Below are positions 37,764 through 46,705 of a stretch of 64,000 nt of DNA, piece after piece (the first letter of the stretch is position 1; the number at the start of each line of letters is the position of its first letter). Source of the DNA: Vulcanimicrobiota bacterium (GTDB lineage Bacteria; Vulcanimicrobiota; JAJTBE01); the NCBI GenBank assembly GCA_021107945.1, contig JAIORV010000162.1, positions 7,999-71,998 of the forward strand, in the 5' to 3' direction. The notes beneath the pieces are model-generated. The model did no database searches. It was given only the letters and a program-made list of their open reading frames with translations, and was not told the DNA's origin. The translations under genes were made by a program, and so were the position numbers.

Positions 37764-39080
37764 TTACCCCGAATAAAACCCCAGCGCAGCTATCGTGACA
37801 TTTGAAAATCCCATTGGATCCACACACTGGCGATACTCGAGCAGTCTGCCGTAATCGGCATCCATACATTTCATCATTGTATAGAGAGGTGAAAGTCCGC
37901 ATACCCGCCTTTTCTCCTGGTCTTTTATCACATCGGCGAAGAAACCGTCGGCGTCCATTTTTTCTACAAGTCCAATGCTTTTAAGCTCATCTTCTTCCAA
38001 AGACTTCATCTGTGTCAGGGTGGGAGCTATGAGATCGCCGAATGCAAGCCCGACATGGGCAAAATCAATTCCTGAAATAAACGCAGGCTTATATCCGCCG
38101 GACTTGATTGTCTTTTTCATGGCAGATATAAATTCCCTCACCTTTGGCTCATCCATGGGATTTATACCTTTTATACCGAAATCGTCGAATGAATGAACAA
38201 GAACCGGCACTATCCTTATGTCCCTGTCAGGGAATATGTATTTCAACATAACTGCCTGGAACTCGATTGAATGCTCGGTTCTGTGGAGATATTCGTCCTG
38301 GTGATAGTCGGTTTTGCAGTAGCTTGTTAATTTGTCAATGAAGTCCTTGTCTGTTGGAATGTCACCCAATGGAGTCTTGAATGTCTTTTTTGTAAGTGCA
38401 ATCAGGTTGTCAGCGGAATGATGGGATGTTCCAAATATGATAAAAAGATTGGCGTCCGATTTTTTTAACTCCCTGTATGCAAACCCGTATGTTCTGTTGC
38501 CCCGTTGGAAGTCGATATGGGGCGCGGCAATCCCGACAGGAATATCGTCAGGGTGTTCATCTTCCGGGAGGTCAATAAAAAAATCGCTCAATTCTTCTCG
38601 AAGCTCTTCAGGATTGTCCGAGTACCCTTTTCCCGCAAGAGATGCTTCTCTGTAATCCTGCTTCCCAAACTCATCATTTAAAAATTCCATGTATTTGCGG
38701 TATCTGTCATTTTCAAGGAGCAGGGCGGCATCGAGCTCGGCCATGATAGACCTGATTTTATCGGAGAATATGAGTCTTCCGAATTTGCGGTTATATTCCA
38801 CCTGGATTTCAGAAGTTTTATGCTTGCCGTCAAATCGTGATATTATAAAGAAAACATCGGGCGGAACCATTAGCATCTTATCCGTGAGTGAGGCCGGATC
38901 CCTTATCAGGATCATGTCCATATTCTGGAAATTTATAGGAACAGCTTCAATATGCCTTATGAGGGGATATTCCTCCTCATGTTTAAGAGTTCTTTTTTCA
39001 ATATCGGGATCTTTCAAATCGATATCTCCTTCAAAAGGGAAATGGGATGATTTCTTACACCACGAAGCCACGGAGTTCAC
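37764..39080 (-). CDS. MEMO1-family (AmmeMemoRadiSam system protein B-like) protein with a roughly 160-aa N-terminal extension
   Basis: IAAPHIDFQRGNRTYGFAY and IIFGTSHH match the MEMO1 H-x-D and GPSHH blocks. The annotated start overlaps a hairpin repeat, so the true start is uncertain. Confidence 0.55.
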   Translation of the reverse strand: MNSVASWCKKSSHFPFEGDIDLKDPDIEKRTLKHEEEYPLIRHIEAVPINFQNMDMILIRDPASLTDKMLMVPPDVFFIISRFDGKHKTSEIQVEYNRKFGRLIFSDKIRSIMAELDAALLLENDRYRKYMEFLNDEFGKQDYREASLAGKGYSDNPEELREELSDFFIDLPEDEHPDDIPVGIAAPHIDFQRGNRTYGFAYRELKKSDANLFIIFGTSHHSADNLIALTKKTFKTPLGDIPTDKDFIDKLTSYCKTDYHQDEYLHRTEHSIEFQAVMLKYIFPDRDIRIVPVLVHSFDDFGIKGINPMDEPKVREFISAMKKTIKSGGYKPAFISGIDFAHVGLAFGDLIAPTLTQMKSLEEDELKSIGLVEKMDADGFFADVIKDQEKRRVCGLSPLYTMMKCMDADYGRLLEYRQCVDPMGFSNVTIAALGFYSG

Positions 39081-39140
39081 GAAGGAAATATCCAGTTTAT
39101 TATATTAAAAACTCCGTGTTCTCCGTGACTTCGTGGTAAA
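39043..39140. repeat. Composite hairpin element: CCACGAAG-CCACGGAG-TTCACGAAGG ... AT-rich loop ... CTCCGTG-TTCTCCGTG-ACTTCGTGG-TAA
   Basis: 26-nt imperfect inverted arms built from three heptamer units. Same architecture as 37592-37680 and 62395-62468. Confidence 0.7.
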
Positions 39141-39184
39141 TTCAAACCTGACTCATACCACTTCCAATCTTCATCTTCCATTTT

Positions 39185-39922
39185 CTACCCGGGTACATAT
39201 CTCGCTTTCATATCGGGTTGATTCCCGTTGTGATTTACTTTGCTCTGCTCCATTATGGAAAAGAAATCAGCGTCATAAAACAGGCTGTCGCCATGTGCGG
39301 AGAAAAGCATATGTATTTTATAATTCAGGTTCCTGACAATTTCAATCGTACGGTTTATTGACTTGATTTTATCCCGGGGATCTACGAGATCATTACAATC
39401 ACTAAGATCTCCCAGATACCAGTCCCCTGTTATTATCGCGCCCTTGAAGACAATCAGCAGGTCGCTATAGGAATGTTTGGGAGCATGAATGAGATAGACA
39501 GGCTCCCCGCCAATATCACCGGTAAAAAGCTCCCCGGAAAAAACCGTATCAAAAAACCTGTGTCCTCCCATAACCCAATTTTTGCCCCTGGCGCTTCGTA
39601 GGTTTCTAACGATGTAATAACTGAAAAACGGATCAGATAAGAATGACTCATGAGTCACAAATTTTGCCTGGGGAAAGGTTTCCCTGAATTTTGGCAGAGT
39701 GAAAGAGTGATCCCAGTGGGAATGACTGAGAAAACCGTATTTTGGGAACAGCCTGTTCTTATTGAGATACATCTTTGCTTTTTCATACGGCGGTTTTTCA
39801 TTTTTCCTGAACGGCGGCATCTCAACTATTGCCGCCTCCCCGTTGTTTTCGAGAATCCAGCAGGCGTTTTTCAAATGCCCGTATCTTTTTAATATAGTAA
39901 AACCCTGGGCCGGTTTATTCAT
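39185..39922 (-). CDS. MBL-fold metallo-hydrolase
   Basis: SHSHWDHS (HxHxDH) motif, and downstream His/Asp ligands (HAPKHSYSD, SAHGD). The start was taken as MNKPAQ, which leaves an 8-bp overlap with the upstream gene. Confidence 0.75.
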   Translation of the reverse strand: MNKPAQGFTILKRYGHLKNACWILENNGEAAIVEMPPFRKNEKPPYEKAKMYLNKNRLFPKYGFLSHSHWDHSFTLPKFRETFPQAKFVTHESFLSDPFFSYYIVRNLRSARGKNWVMGGHRFFDTVFSGELFTGDIGGEPVYLIHAPKHSYSDLLIVFKGAIITGDWYLGDLSDCNDLVDPRDKIKSINRTIEIVRNLNYKIHMLFSAHGDSLFYDADFFSIMEQSKVNHNGNQPDMKARYVPG

Positions 39923-40670
39923 ATTTTTTTCTCTCCAATCCCGCCGTGCGGGAAAATGTGAATACATGTATTTTTGCCACTCCCGCCTCAGACAGTGCCC
40001 TGGAGCACTCCGACACGGTGGCGCCGGTTGTTATTATATCATCGACAAGCAGGATTGTCCTGCCTTTAATCTCATCTGACCGCTCTACCTTGAAAGCTTT
40101 TTTCACATTCTCCCATCTCTGTTTCGAATTAAGCTTGTGCTGGGGTTCGATTTTTCTTGTATGGGACAGGCATTCAAGTACGGGGATTTCCGATGCTTGG
40201 GAAACAGCTTGAGCTAAAAGTTGTGAGGTGGAGTTATTTACTTTTGCATACGATTGCCTGTGAGATGGAACCGGTATAATATATTTTGCCGGAAAGAGGA
40301 ATTCGTTCTCCCTGAAATATTCACATGCCCCTTTGAAAATGGCGGGAAATAAATCAATCTTGTTTTTAAATTTCAGTAAAGCCAAGGCCTCTTTCAATTT
40401 TCCATTATAATAAAAAGGGGACCGACAAAGAATATATCGGGGCTTATTAAGAATACAATCCTGGCAGATTTCCATTCCGGAATCTCTTAACGGATTCCCG
40501 CAAATTTTGCAAAGAGGTGGAAATATGGGATTAAATTCATTCAGGCATTTTCGGCAGATAGGTTCGCCGGTTTCGCTATCACATAGTCGGCAATGATTAG
40601 GAAAAATTAGTTCAAGAAGGTTGTCGAACAATCCCACCACGGTTATCTCTTTTTTCCTCTTTCCTGCCAT
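39915..40670 (-). CDS. comF: ComF-family protein (phosphoribosyltransferase domain with N-terminal zinc finger)
   Basis: CRLCDSETGEPICRKC zinc finger. PRTase motif ILLVDDIITTGATVSE. Confidence 0.75.
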   Translation of the reverse strand: MAGKRKKEITVVGLFDNLLELIFPNHCRLCDSETGEPICRKCLNEFNPIFPPLCKICGNPLRDSGMEICQDCILNKPRYILCRSPFYYNGKLKEALALLKFKNKIDLFPAIFKGACEYFRENEFLFPAKYIIPVPSHRQSYAKVNNSTSQLLAQAVSQASEIPVLECLSHTRKIEPQHKLNSKQRWENVKKAFKVERSDEIKGRTILLVDDIITTGATVSECSRALSEAGVAKIHVFTFSRTAGLERKKYE

Positions 40671-41305
40671 TTCGCTCTGAATGTTATCAGAAAAGACATG
40701 AGAATAAGCTTCAGGTCAAGGAAAAGATTGTATTTTTTAACATAAAGCAGGTCATATTTCAACTTGTTTTTCGGAGGTGTATTGTACCTGCCATAAACCT
40801 GGGCAAGTCCTGTAAGACCCGGGCGAACGATATGACGACTGTGGTAATGGGGAATCCTGTCTGCATAGTCGGAATCCACCAGCACCACTCGCTGTGGGCG
40901 CGGTCCTACAAAGCTCATATCACCCGCTAATATGTTTATAAGCTGTGGAAGCTCGTCCATGGCAGTCTTGCGAAGGAACCATCCCACCCTGGTGATCCTA
41001 TTGTCTTTTTGGCTTGCAAGGATCGGACCTGAGTCCTTTTCCGCATTGTGAACCATAGAGCGGAATTTCCATTGCCTGAAGGTCCTGCCTTTTTTCGAAT
41101 AACATATTTTGTGAAAGAAAATGGGTCCCCCTGATTCCAGTTTGATCAGGATTGAAATAATAACCCACATCGGAGCGGATATTATTAGTCCGAAAAGAGC
41201 AAGGAAAACATCAATAACTCTCTTTAGATAATCATAGATTCCTGTTATCCTGCGTGACTTGAAGGGAATATCATAACTCCCCGCCTGCAGTCTGTAAATC
41301 GTCAT
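40643..41305 (-). CDS. Polyprenyl-phosphate sugar phosphotransferase (bacterial sugar transferase, WbaP/CpsE C-terminal domain type)
   Basis: [18 protein letters not shown] ... SGGPIFF ... [34 protein letters not shown]. Confidence 0.8.
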   Translation of the reverse strand: [220 protein letters not shown]

Positions 41306-41489
41306 ATTAAAGGTACCGCCATATCAGAATGGTATTTTTATATATTTGACACATATTATACAGAAAAGTTCCTGTTTATGCAAATTAATTTCCGGATATT
41401 TATTCATCGCAAAGACCACAAAGATTTTAATCTTACCACGAAGCCAAGAAGGACACGAAGAAATGTATGGGACTCCATTCTTTGTTCTC

Positions 41490-42395
41490 CTATTCCACTT
41501 TCTCCGGTTTCGAAATCATATCGAAGTCAAGGAGAATATCTTCAAGCATTCCACCGAGAACAAGCTTTTTATAGTCGGGAGATCCTCTTAGAGAAGACGC
41601 TCTTGGGTACAAATTTCCTTTAATCCATACTTTTGCAAGCTCAAGAACCTCGCCGTTTATTTCCTTATAAGACAGGATTGTTGTCAATTCCGCCGGGCAA
41701 ATCGGTGTTCTTGCAACCGCCGACAGGGCGACTCTCACCTTTCTTGAGACGACCTCGTCAGGATTCAGAACAAGAACCGATAGAGCACATGTTGCCAGAT
41801 CCTGTCCTTTCACCCTGCTAGCTCTCCTGTATGCCGATTTTGTACCCGCCGGGAATAGCGGAAAAATGATTGATGTGAGTATCTCCCCTTCTTTCAAGTC
41901 AGTCTTTCCGGGTCCCAACAGGAATTTCTCAACCGGTATTGTCCTGTAACCGCCGGTTCCGAATATCTTTACCTCTGCATCATATATAAGGCTCGGGCTT
42001 CCTCCCTCAGCTCCCGGCGCTCCGTTGGCAAGGTTTCCACCAAGAGTAGCCCTGTTTCGTATGTCATAGCAGCCGAATGATGATGAAGCCTGTATCAGTG
42101 CTGGAAAATGCTTCTTGATCCGCTCATTCTCATTAATTTGTGTCCATGTCGCGGTTGCGCCTATTGAAAGGCCTTCCTCATCCCATGTTATCTCATCCAG
42201 TCCCGGGATCCCCTTGATATCAACCACTTTTTTCGGGCGGATTCTACCCCCTCTTATTTTCACAAAAAGATCCGTTCCCCCGGCAAGTACCCGGGAGTTT
42301 TTGTCCTCAAGCAGGATTTTTACCGCCGACTCAAGTGATTCAGGTTTAATATAGTCAAAATCAGTCATAATAATATTTATCCGCTCCTTTTTCAA
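41490..42395 (-). CDS. FAD-binding subunit of a xanthine dehydrogenase/CO dehydrogenase-family molybdoenzyme (CoxM/CutM-like), with no partner subunits nearby
   Basis: FDYIKPESLESAVKILLEDKNSRVLAGGTDLFVKIRGG, a FAD-binding PCMH-type domain, plus the C-terminal CO-dehydrogenase flavoprotein domain. Confidence 0.7.
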   Translation of the reverse strand: MKKERINIIMTDFDYIKPESLESAVKILLEDKNSRVLAGGTDLFVKIRGGRIRPKKVVDIKGIPGLDEITWDEEGLSIGATATWTQINENERIKKHFPALIQASSSFGCYDIRNRATLGGNLANGAPGAEGGSPSLIYDAEVKIFGTGGYRTIPVEKFLLGPGKTDLKEGEILTSIIFPLFPAGTKSAYRRASRVKGQDLATCALSVLVLNPDEVVSRKVRVALSAVARTPICPAELTTILSYKEINGEVLELAKVWIKGNLYPRASSLRGSPDYKKLVLGGMLEDILLDFDMISKPEKVE

Positions 42396-42714
42396 GGTGA
42401 TGGATATAGCCGGGTTTCTTACGGTATATAGAATATTTTTCGTTTGATATCAAATTCCCTTTTTTTGTGGATTATGGAAACATCGAATTTGCGAGGAATT
42501 GTTGTTGTTACTTATTGCCATAATAAACTCTGCGAGATCTGCATGAGCTTGTTGTTCCGCTGCAGCTTCAATGCATAATAATCAGATATATGGTATAATA
42601 TTTCAGTCAAAATATTCTTTATGAGAATTGTTTTCTATAATTTGGGTGAAACGTGGATATTTGGCGCGTAGATAAAACAAAAACATGAAATTTTTAGAAT
42701 CTGGAGGTTATAAG

Positions 42715-43170
42715 ATGAAAAGATATGGATTTATCCTGCCGTTATTGCTTATGTTTATTGTGGGCGTTTTTTGTTCCTGCTCTGAACGACAGCCGCAAAC
42801 CGGAACGGTATCAAAGGAAGAAGTTCAGAAAAAGGGTGTGGAGGCGTTGGAAACAACTTCCGCATATTTGAAAGAACAAAAAGATATTTATTTGGATGAG
42901 CTTGGTAAAAAGCTAGACGAGTATGACAAACAGATTGACGAGATAAAAAAACAGACCGAGTCACAGATGACAGATGACGAGAAAGAAAAGTTCCAGAAGA
43001 AAATGGAGGACCTGCAAAACAAACGAAAAGAGTTAGAGGATAAAATAGAAAAGCTCAAGGTCGCAGGCAAGGAAGCCTGGCAGGATTTAAAGCCCGGGAT
43101 TGATGAGGCCGTTAAAGATCTTGATAAGTCCTACGATAAGGCGCTGAAGGAATTCCAGGATAATAATTAA
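42715..43170 (+). CDS. KE-rich coiled-coil lipoprotein
   Basis: Signal peptide MKRYGFILPLLLMFIVGVFCSC. The C-terminus ...DLDKSYDKALKEFQ is paralogous to the 45922-46497 product. RBS GGAGG. Confidence 0.5.
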   Translation: MKRYGFILPLLLMFIVGVFCSCSERQPQTGTVSKEEVQKKGVEALETTSAYLKEQKDIYLDELGKKLDEYDKQIDEIKKQTESQMTDDEKEKFQKKMEDLQNKRKELEDKIEKLKVAGKEAWQDLKPGIDEAVKDLDKSYDKALKEFQDNN

Positions 43171-43234
43171 TCACCGCATTTAAAGATGGGGTTTGGGGAA
43201 GAGACTTTTTTGAAAAGTTTCTTCCCCTAATAAG

Positions 43235-44530
43235 CTATTGGGTTTCATCCAAAAACGGTATTGTTACCGAGGTATATACCGGGTCGTCATTAAACTCGCC
43301 TGTCGCCGGATGAAGCCATAATTCAAGGCGGTTGTCAGAGAAAGAATATACCAGGCTCTGAACCGTATATTTCCAGAAAATATCACCGTCATCATTGCCT
43401 CCCGCTCCGGGTTTGCTGTAACTCATTATTGTTTTAATGCCATCAACATTGTTCGTATCACCTTGCTGAGTGAGCATGCTTTTGAAATTGGCCCAACGCT
43501 CGGAATTAGATGGGAAATCGGTAAAATTATCAAAGTTGCCTTTTAATACAAAGGCGTTAACACATGCCATGGCATCGGTAATTCCCCATGTGATTCCAGG
43601 ATTCAATTCCGAGTCCTCGACTCTCAAGGCTCGATTTCTATCAAAGTCGTTTTCCAGCACTTTTGCCACATTTTTATCGGCAATAAACATATTGTTATTA
43701 TAGGCATAAATTCTTGACGGGTTTCCCAGGAACGCAGCCACTTCGTCCACGGTACTGGAGGTTTCAATTGCTTCTCGAATGTCAAGCATAACGGATCTTC
43801 TACCCACCGCAGAATAAGTTCCTCCTGTTGCGCTATACAGGTTAGACACAAAAATCCCGTCGCTGTTGATAGCTACGAGGTTTCCAATAATTCCCAGGTA
43901 TCCAAATGATACTACCTGCTTGCTTCCTGTCTTTGAATAAATAACGGCATTTACGTATCCCACCTGTCCTCTTGTGCCGGGAAACCAATCGGTATTTCTT
44001 CCCACAATGGTTTGCCCGGTTACGGAGCGGTTCCCATAAACGGCAACATTGGAGCAGGAAGTAGTAGTGCATATATCGGGATTGAAATTAAGAATAAGGA
44101 ATTCGTCTCTTGAAATTTTTCCGTCATTCAATACATTATTCGTTCCACCGCTGAGAACTGAGGCAAATCCTTCAATTTCATTCATGTATTGTGATTGTGC
44201 GCTTTTGGAGATTTCCAGAGCCCTCTCTATCAGGACCTCATAAGTTAAGTTGGGATCTTGTAGATATAGTCCTGCCACCATCTCTACGAGAACTGACTCC
44301 ACTTCCTTTTCATAGTCCGGAAAGGCGGATAGAACTTTAGTTCCATATTCTTTGCCGATAGTATATCGATCACCGCTGGAATAATCAATATTAACTTCAA
44401 AATGTGTTGTTTTTGATGTTATGGTCACGTAATCATCTGAATCTTCCGAACCACCGGTACTGCAACTTATGGTAATAAGAAGAGTCAGGGAAAGAATAAT
44501 TGCAAGAAAAAGTTTGAAATATTTGCTCAT
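43235..44530 (-). CDS. Lipoprotein, Ntn-hydrolase-like (choloylglycine hydrolase/peptidase C45-type: Cys nucleophile, later R-N-x-D)
   Basis: Lipobox LLITISCS, then ...DICTTTSCSNVAVYGNRSVTGQTIVGRNTDW. The start at 44530 has a GGAGG RBS. Confidence 0.45.
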   Translation of the reverse strand: MSKYFKLFLAIILSLTLLITISCSTGGSEDSDDYVTITSKTTHFEVNIDYSSGDRYTIGKEYGTKVLSAFPDYEKEVESVLVEMVAGLYLQDPNLTYEVLIERALEISKSAQSQYMNEIEGFASVLSGGTNNVLNDGKISRDEFLILNFNPDICTTTSCSNVAVYGNRSVTGQTIVGRNTDWFPGTRGQVGYVNAVIYSKTGSKQVVSFGYLGIIGNLVAINSDGIFVSNLYSATGGTYSAVGRRSVMLDIREAIETSSTVDEVAAFLGNPSRIYAYNNNMFIADKNVAKVLENDFDRNRALRVEDSELNPGITWGITDAMACVNAFVLKGNFDNFTDFPSNSERWANFKSMLTQQGDTNNVDGIKTIMSYSKPGAGGNDDGDIFWKYTVQSLVYSFSDNRLELWLHPATGEFNDDPVYTSVTIPFLDETQ

Positions 44531-44656
44531 AAAAGCCTCCTCATCGTAAAATTTATATAATATATAGTGAAACAAATCACATAGAAATCCTTCTGTAAAA
44601 GAGTTTCTAAGAAACAGAGTTTACTAAAGTGGTCGGCATTGTGGGGACCATAAAAC

Positions 44657-45610
44657 TTAATGACTCATAAAGAAATTCCAGATAACCTCACTTCCCTCAA
44701 TATCCATATTCTGGGGATTATCAGGATTGGAGCTTGCAGGAAATAACGACGGCAAATTATGACCTCCGCCAACAACTTCATAAAGAATCACGTCATTTCC
44801 GTTATTGCTTCTGTAGGTTTTTGTAAGAATATGACTTTTGTCCTTTTTGTTGATATCGGGCAAATTTTTCACTTCTGCTTTTTTTGATGCGCCGTTTCGA
44901 TTAATCCAGTACAGAACATTCTCATCACAGGACAGAACAAGGGACAATACATCCCCATTTATATTTACCTCGCCGCCTTTCCAGGGAACTATGGGATCGG
45001 AGGTTCCATTCATAATGAGAATCGGTAAAGGTTTAGTTTTTTTGTATTCTTTAGCTGATTTAACTCCCATACTTGATATTACCGGAGCTACCGCTTTTAG
45101 TTTTTCAGGAATCTCACAACTCAGCCGGTAAGTCATCTCACCGCCATTGGATATTCCCATTACATATATTCTGTTTGGATCAATATTATATTTTTGCTTG
45201 CATTTATCGATCAATGCCGATAAGAATCCCACGTCATCAACATCATCGGTAGCTTTATAGACTCCTCCCATCTTATCATTCCAGTGATTAGCTACAGCAT
45301 TGGGATATACAACAACAACTCCGTCTCTCTCGGCAAGTTCATTCAGTTTTCCCCCGGTCATCTTAATTATTTCCTGGGCTGACTGACCAAAACCATGCAG
45401 ACATAAAACCATTGGGGGCTTCTTTTTGTTATTCAGCTTTGACGGCACATAAACCAAATAATTCCGTTCAATATTGTTCATTTTCATGGACCCGGAGGAA
45501 AGATTCGCGTCCTTTTTAATTTCGTCTGAATAGCAGATGTAAGATGTCGTAAGGATCAATAGGGTTGCGATGCAAAGTATTGTTTTTAACACATTTTTCT
45601 TCAATTTCAT
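44657..45610 (-). CDS. Secreted alpha/beta-hydrolase esterase (PHB-depolymerase/LpqC-like family)
   Basis: Signal peptide, then PMVLCLHGFGQSA and the nucleophile elbow YVMGISNGG. Confidence 0.7.
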   Translation of the reverse strand: MKLKKNVLKTILCIATLLILTTSYICYSDEIKKDANLSSGSMKMNNIERNYLVYVPSKLNNKKKPPMVLCLHGFGQSAQEIIKMTGGKLNELAERDGVVVVYPNAVANHWNDKMGGVYKATDDVDDVGFLSALIDKCKQKYNIDPNRIYVMGISNGGEMTYRLSCEIPEKLKAVAPVISSMGVKSAKEYKKTKPLPILIMNGTSDPIVPWKGGEVNINGDVLSLVLSCDENVLYWINRNGASKKAEVKNLPDINKKDKSHILTKTYRSNNGNDVILYEVVGGGHNLPSLFPASSNPDNPQNMDIEGSEVIWNFFMSH

Positions 45611-45921
45611 TCTCCTTTAATAATTGCTCCTGGACTGTAAAAAACTTAATGTTTTTTTGGCGTGCATTATATAAATTAAGCAGGTATGGAGTTCAGCTAT
45701 TAGAACTATTGGATAATGGATACTGTTACAGGAATTTCAAAATATATTGGTGTCCTGTAACTTGAAAAATCGATACAGTACATGATATATCGGCAAATAT
45801 CGGATATATTATACTGTGTGCTCATCACTGAAAATCCTGGTTGTGTAAAGACTATCGATACTTTTTGGTGAGCAGATTTCATAGAAATCTGAGTTTATAA
45901 TTTCATGAAGGTGATTAATAA

Positions 45922-46497
45922 ATGATTGAAGAGAAGCTGGCAAACCTGGGAAAGAAGCTTGATAATCTGGTGGCGCAGGGGAGTAAGCTCTCAGGTAAGG
46001 CAAAGATTGAATTTGATAAGAAAATGCATCATTTGCGGGAAAAACAAAATAATGCCATAAGAAAAATCGATAAATTGAAGAGCTCCGGTGGTGATAAACT
46101 CAGGAGTTTGAAAACGAAAATGGATTCTCTTGTGAATGATCTTGGAAAATCTTATAATGAAACTCTTTCTAATTTTACAGGTTCAACGAAAAAAGTTGAA
46201 AAGGAAGAGAAAAAAAGAAGAAAAGAGTATCAAGAACAGGTAAAGAGCCGGCTGAAAGAATTCGATAAAAAGCTTGATGAGCTGGAAAAAAAGAAAAAGA
46301 GTCTGGAAAAAGATTCGAGGATTCACTTGAATGAGGGAATTGTCTTTTTGAAAAAGAAGCGGGATGAGACAAGAAAAAAATTCAGGGAATTGAAATCCTC
46401 TTCCGGAAAAAAGTGGGATGATCAAAAATCAATCCTGGACATGCTGATAGATGACCTTGATAAATCGTATGATGAGGCGATAAGATTTTTTTCTTGA
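45922..46497 (+). CDS. KE-rich coiled-coil protein (paralog of the 42715-43170 product, no signal peptide)
   Basis: Heptad-rich sequence. C-terminal LIDDLDKSYDEAIRFF resembles AVKDLDKSYDKALKEF. Confidence 0.5.
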   Translation: MIEEKLANLGKKLDNLVAQGSKLSGKAKIEFDKKMHHLREKQNNAIRKIDKLKSSGGDKLRSLKTKMDSLVNDLGKSYNETLSNFTGSTKKVEKEEKKRRKEYQEQVKSRLKEFDKKLDELEKKKKSLEKDSRIHLNEGIVFLKKKRDETRKKFRELKSSSGKKWDDQKSILDMLIDDLDKSYDEAIRFFS

Positions 46498-46705
46498 GGG
46501 CAAAAGATAATGCGCTACATGATTCTTTTTGGTTACTACTCAGCAGTAGATCCCAAAGGTAGAGATCCTTCGAAGTGTAATACATCGGAGGTATGGAATT
46601 TCCGTTCTTTCACTTCGTTCGAGGACAGCTTCTCAAGGAAAGTAAAAGAATCGTATTCCGCTCAGGATGACAACTCCAATACTCCATTCATAATGACATC
46701 AAGAA

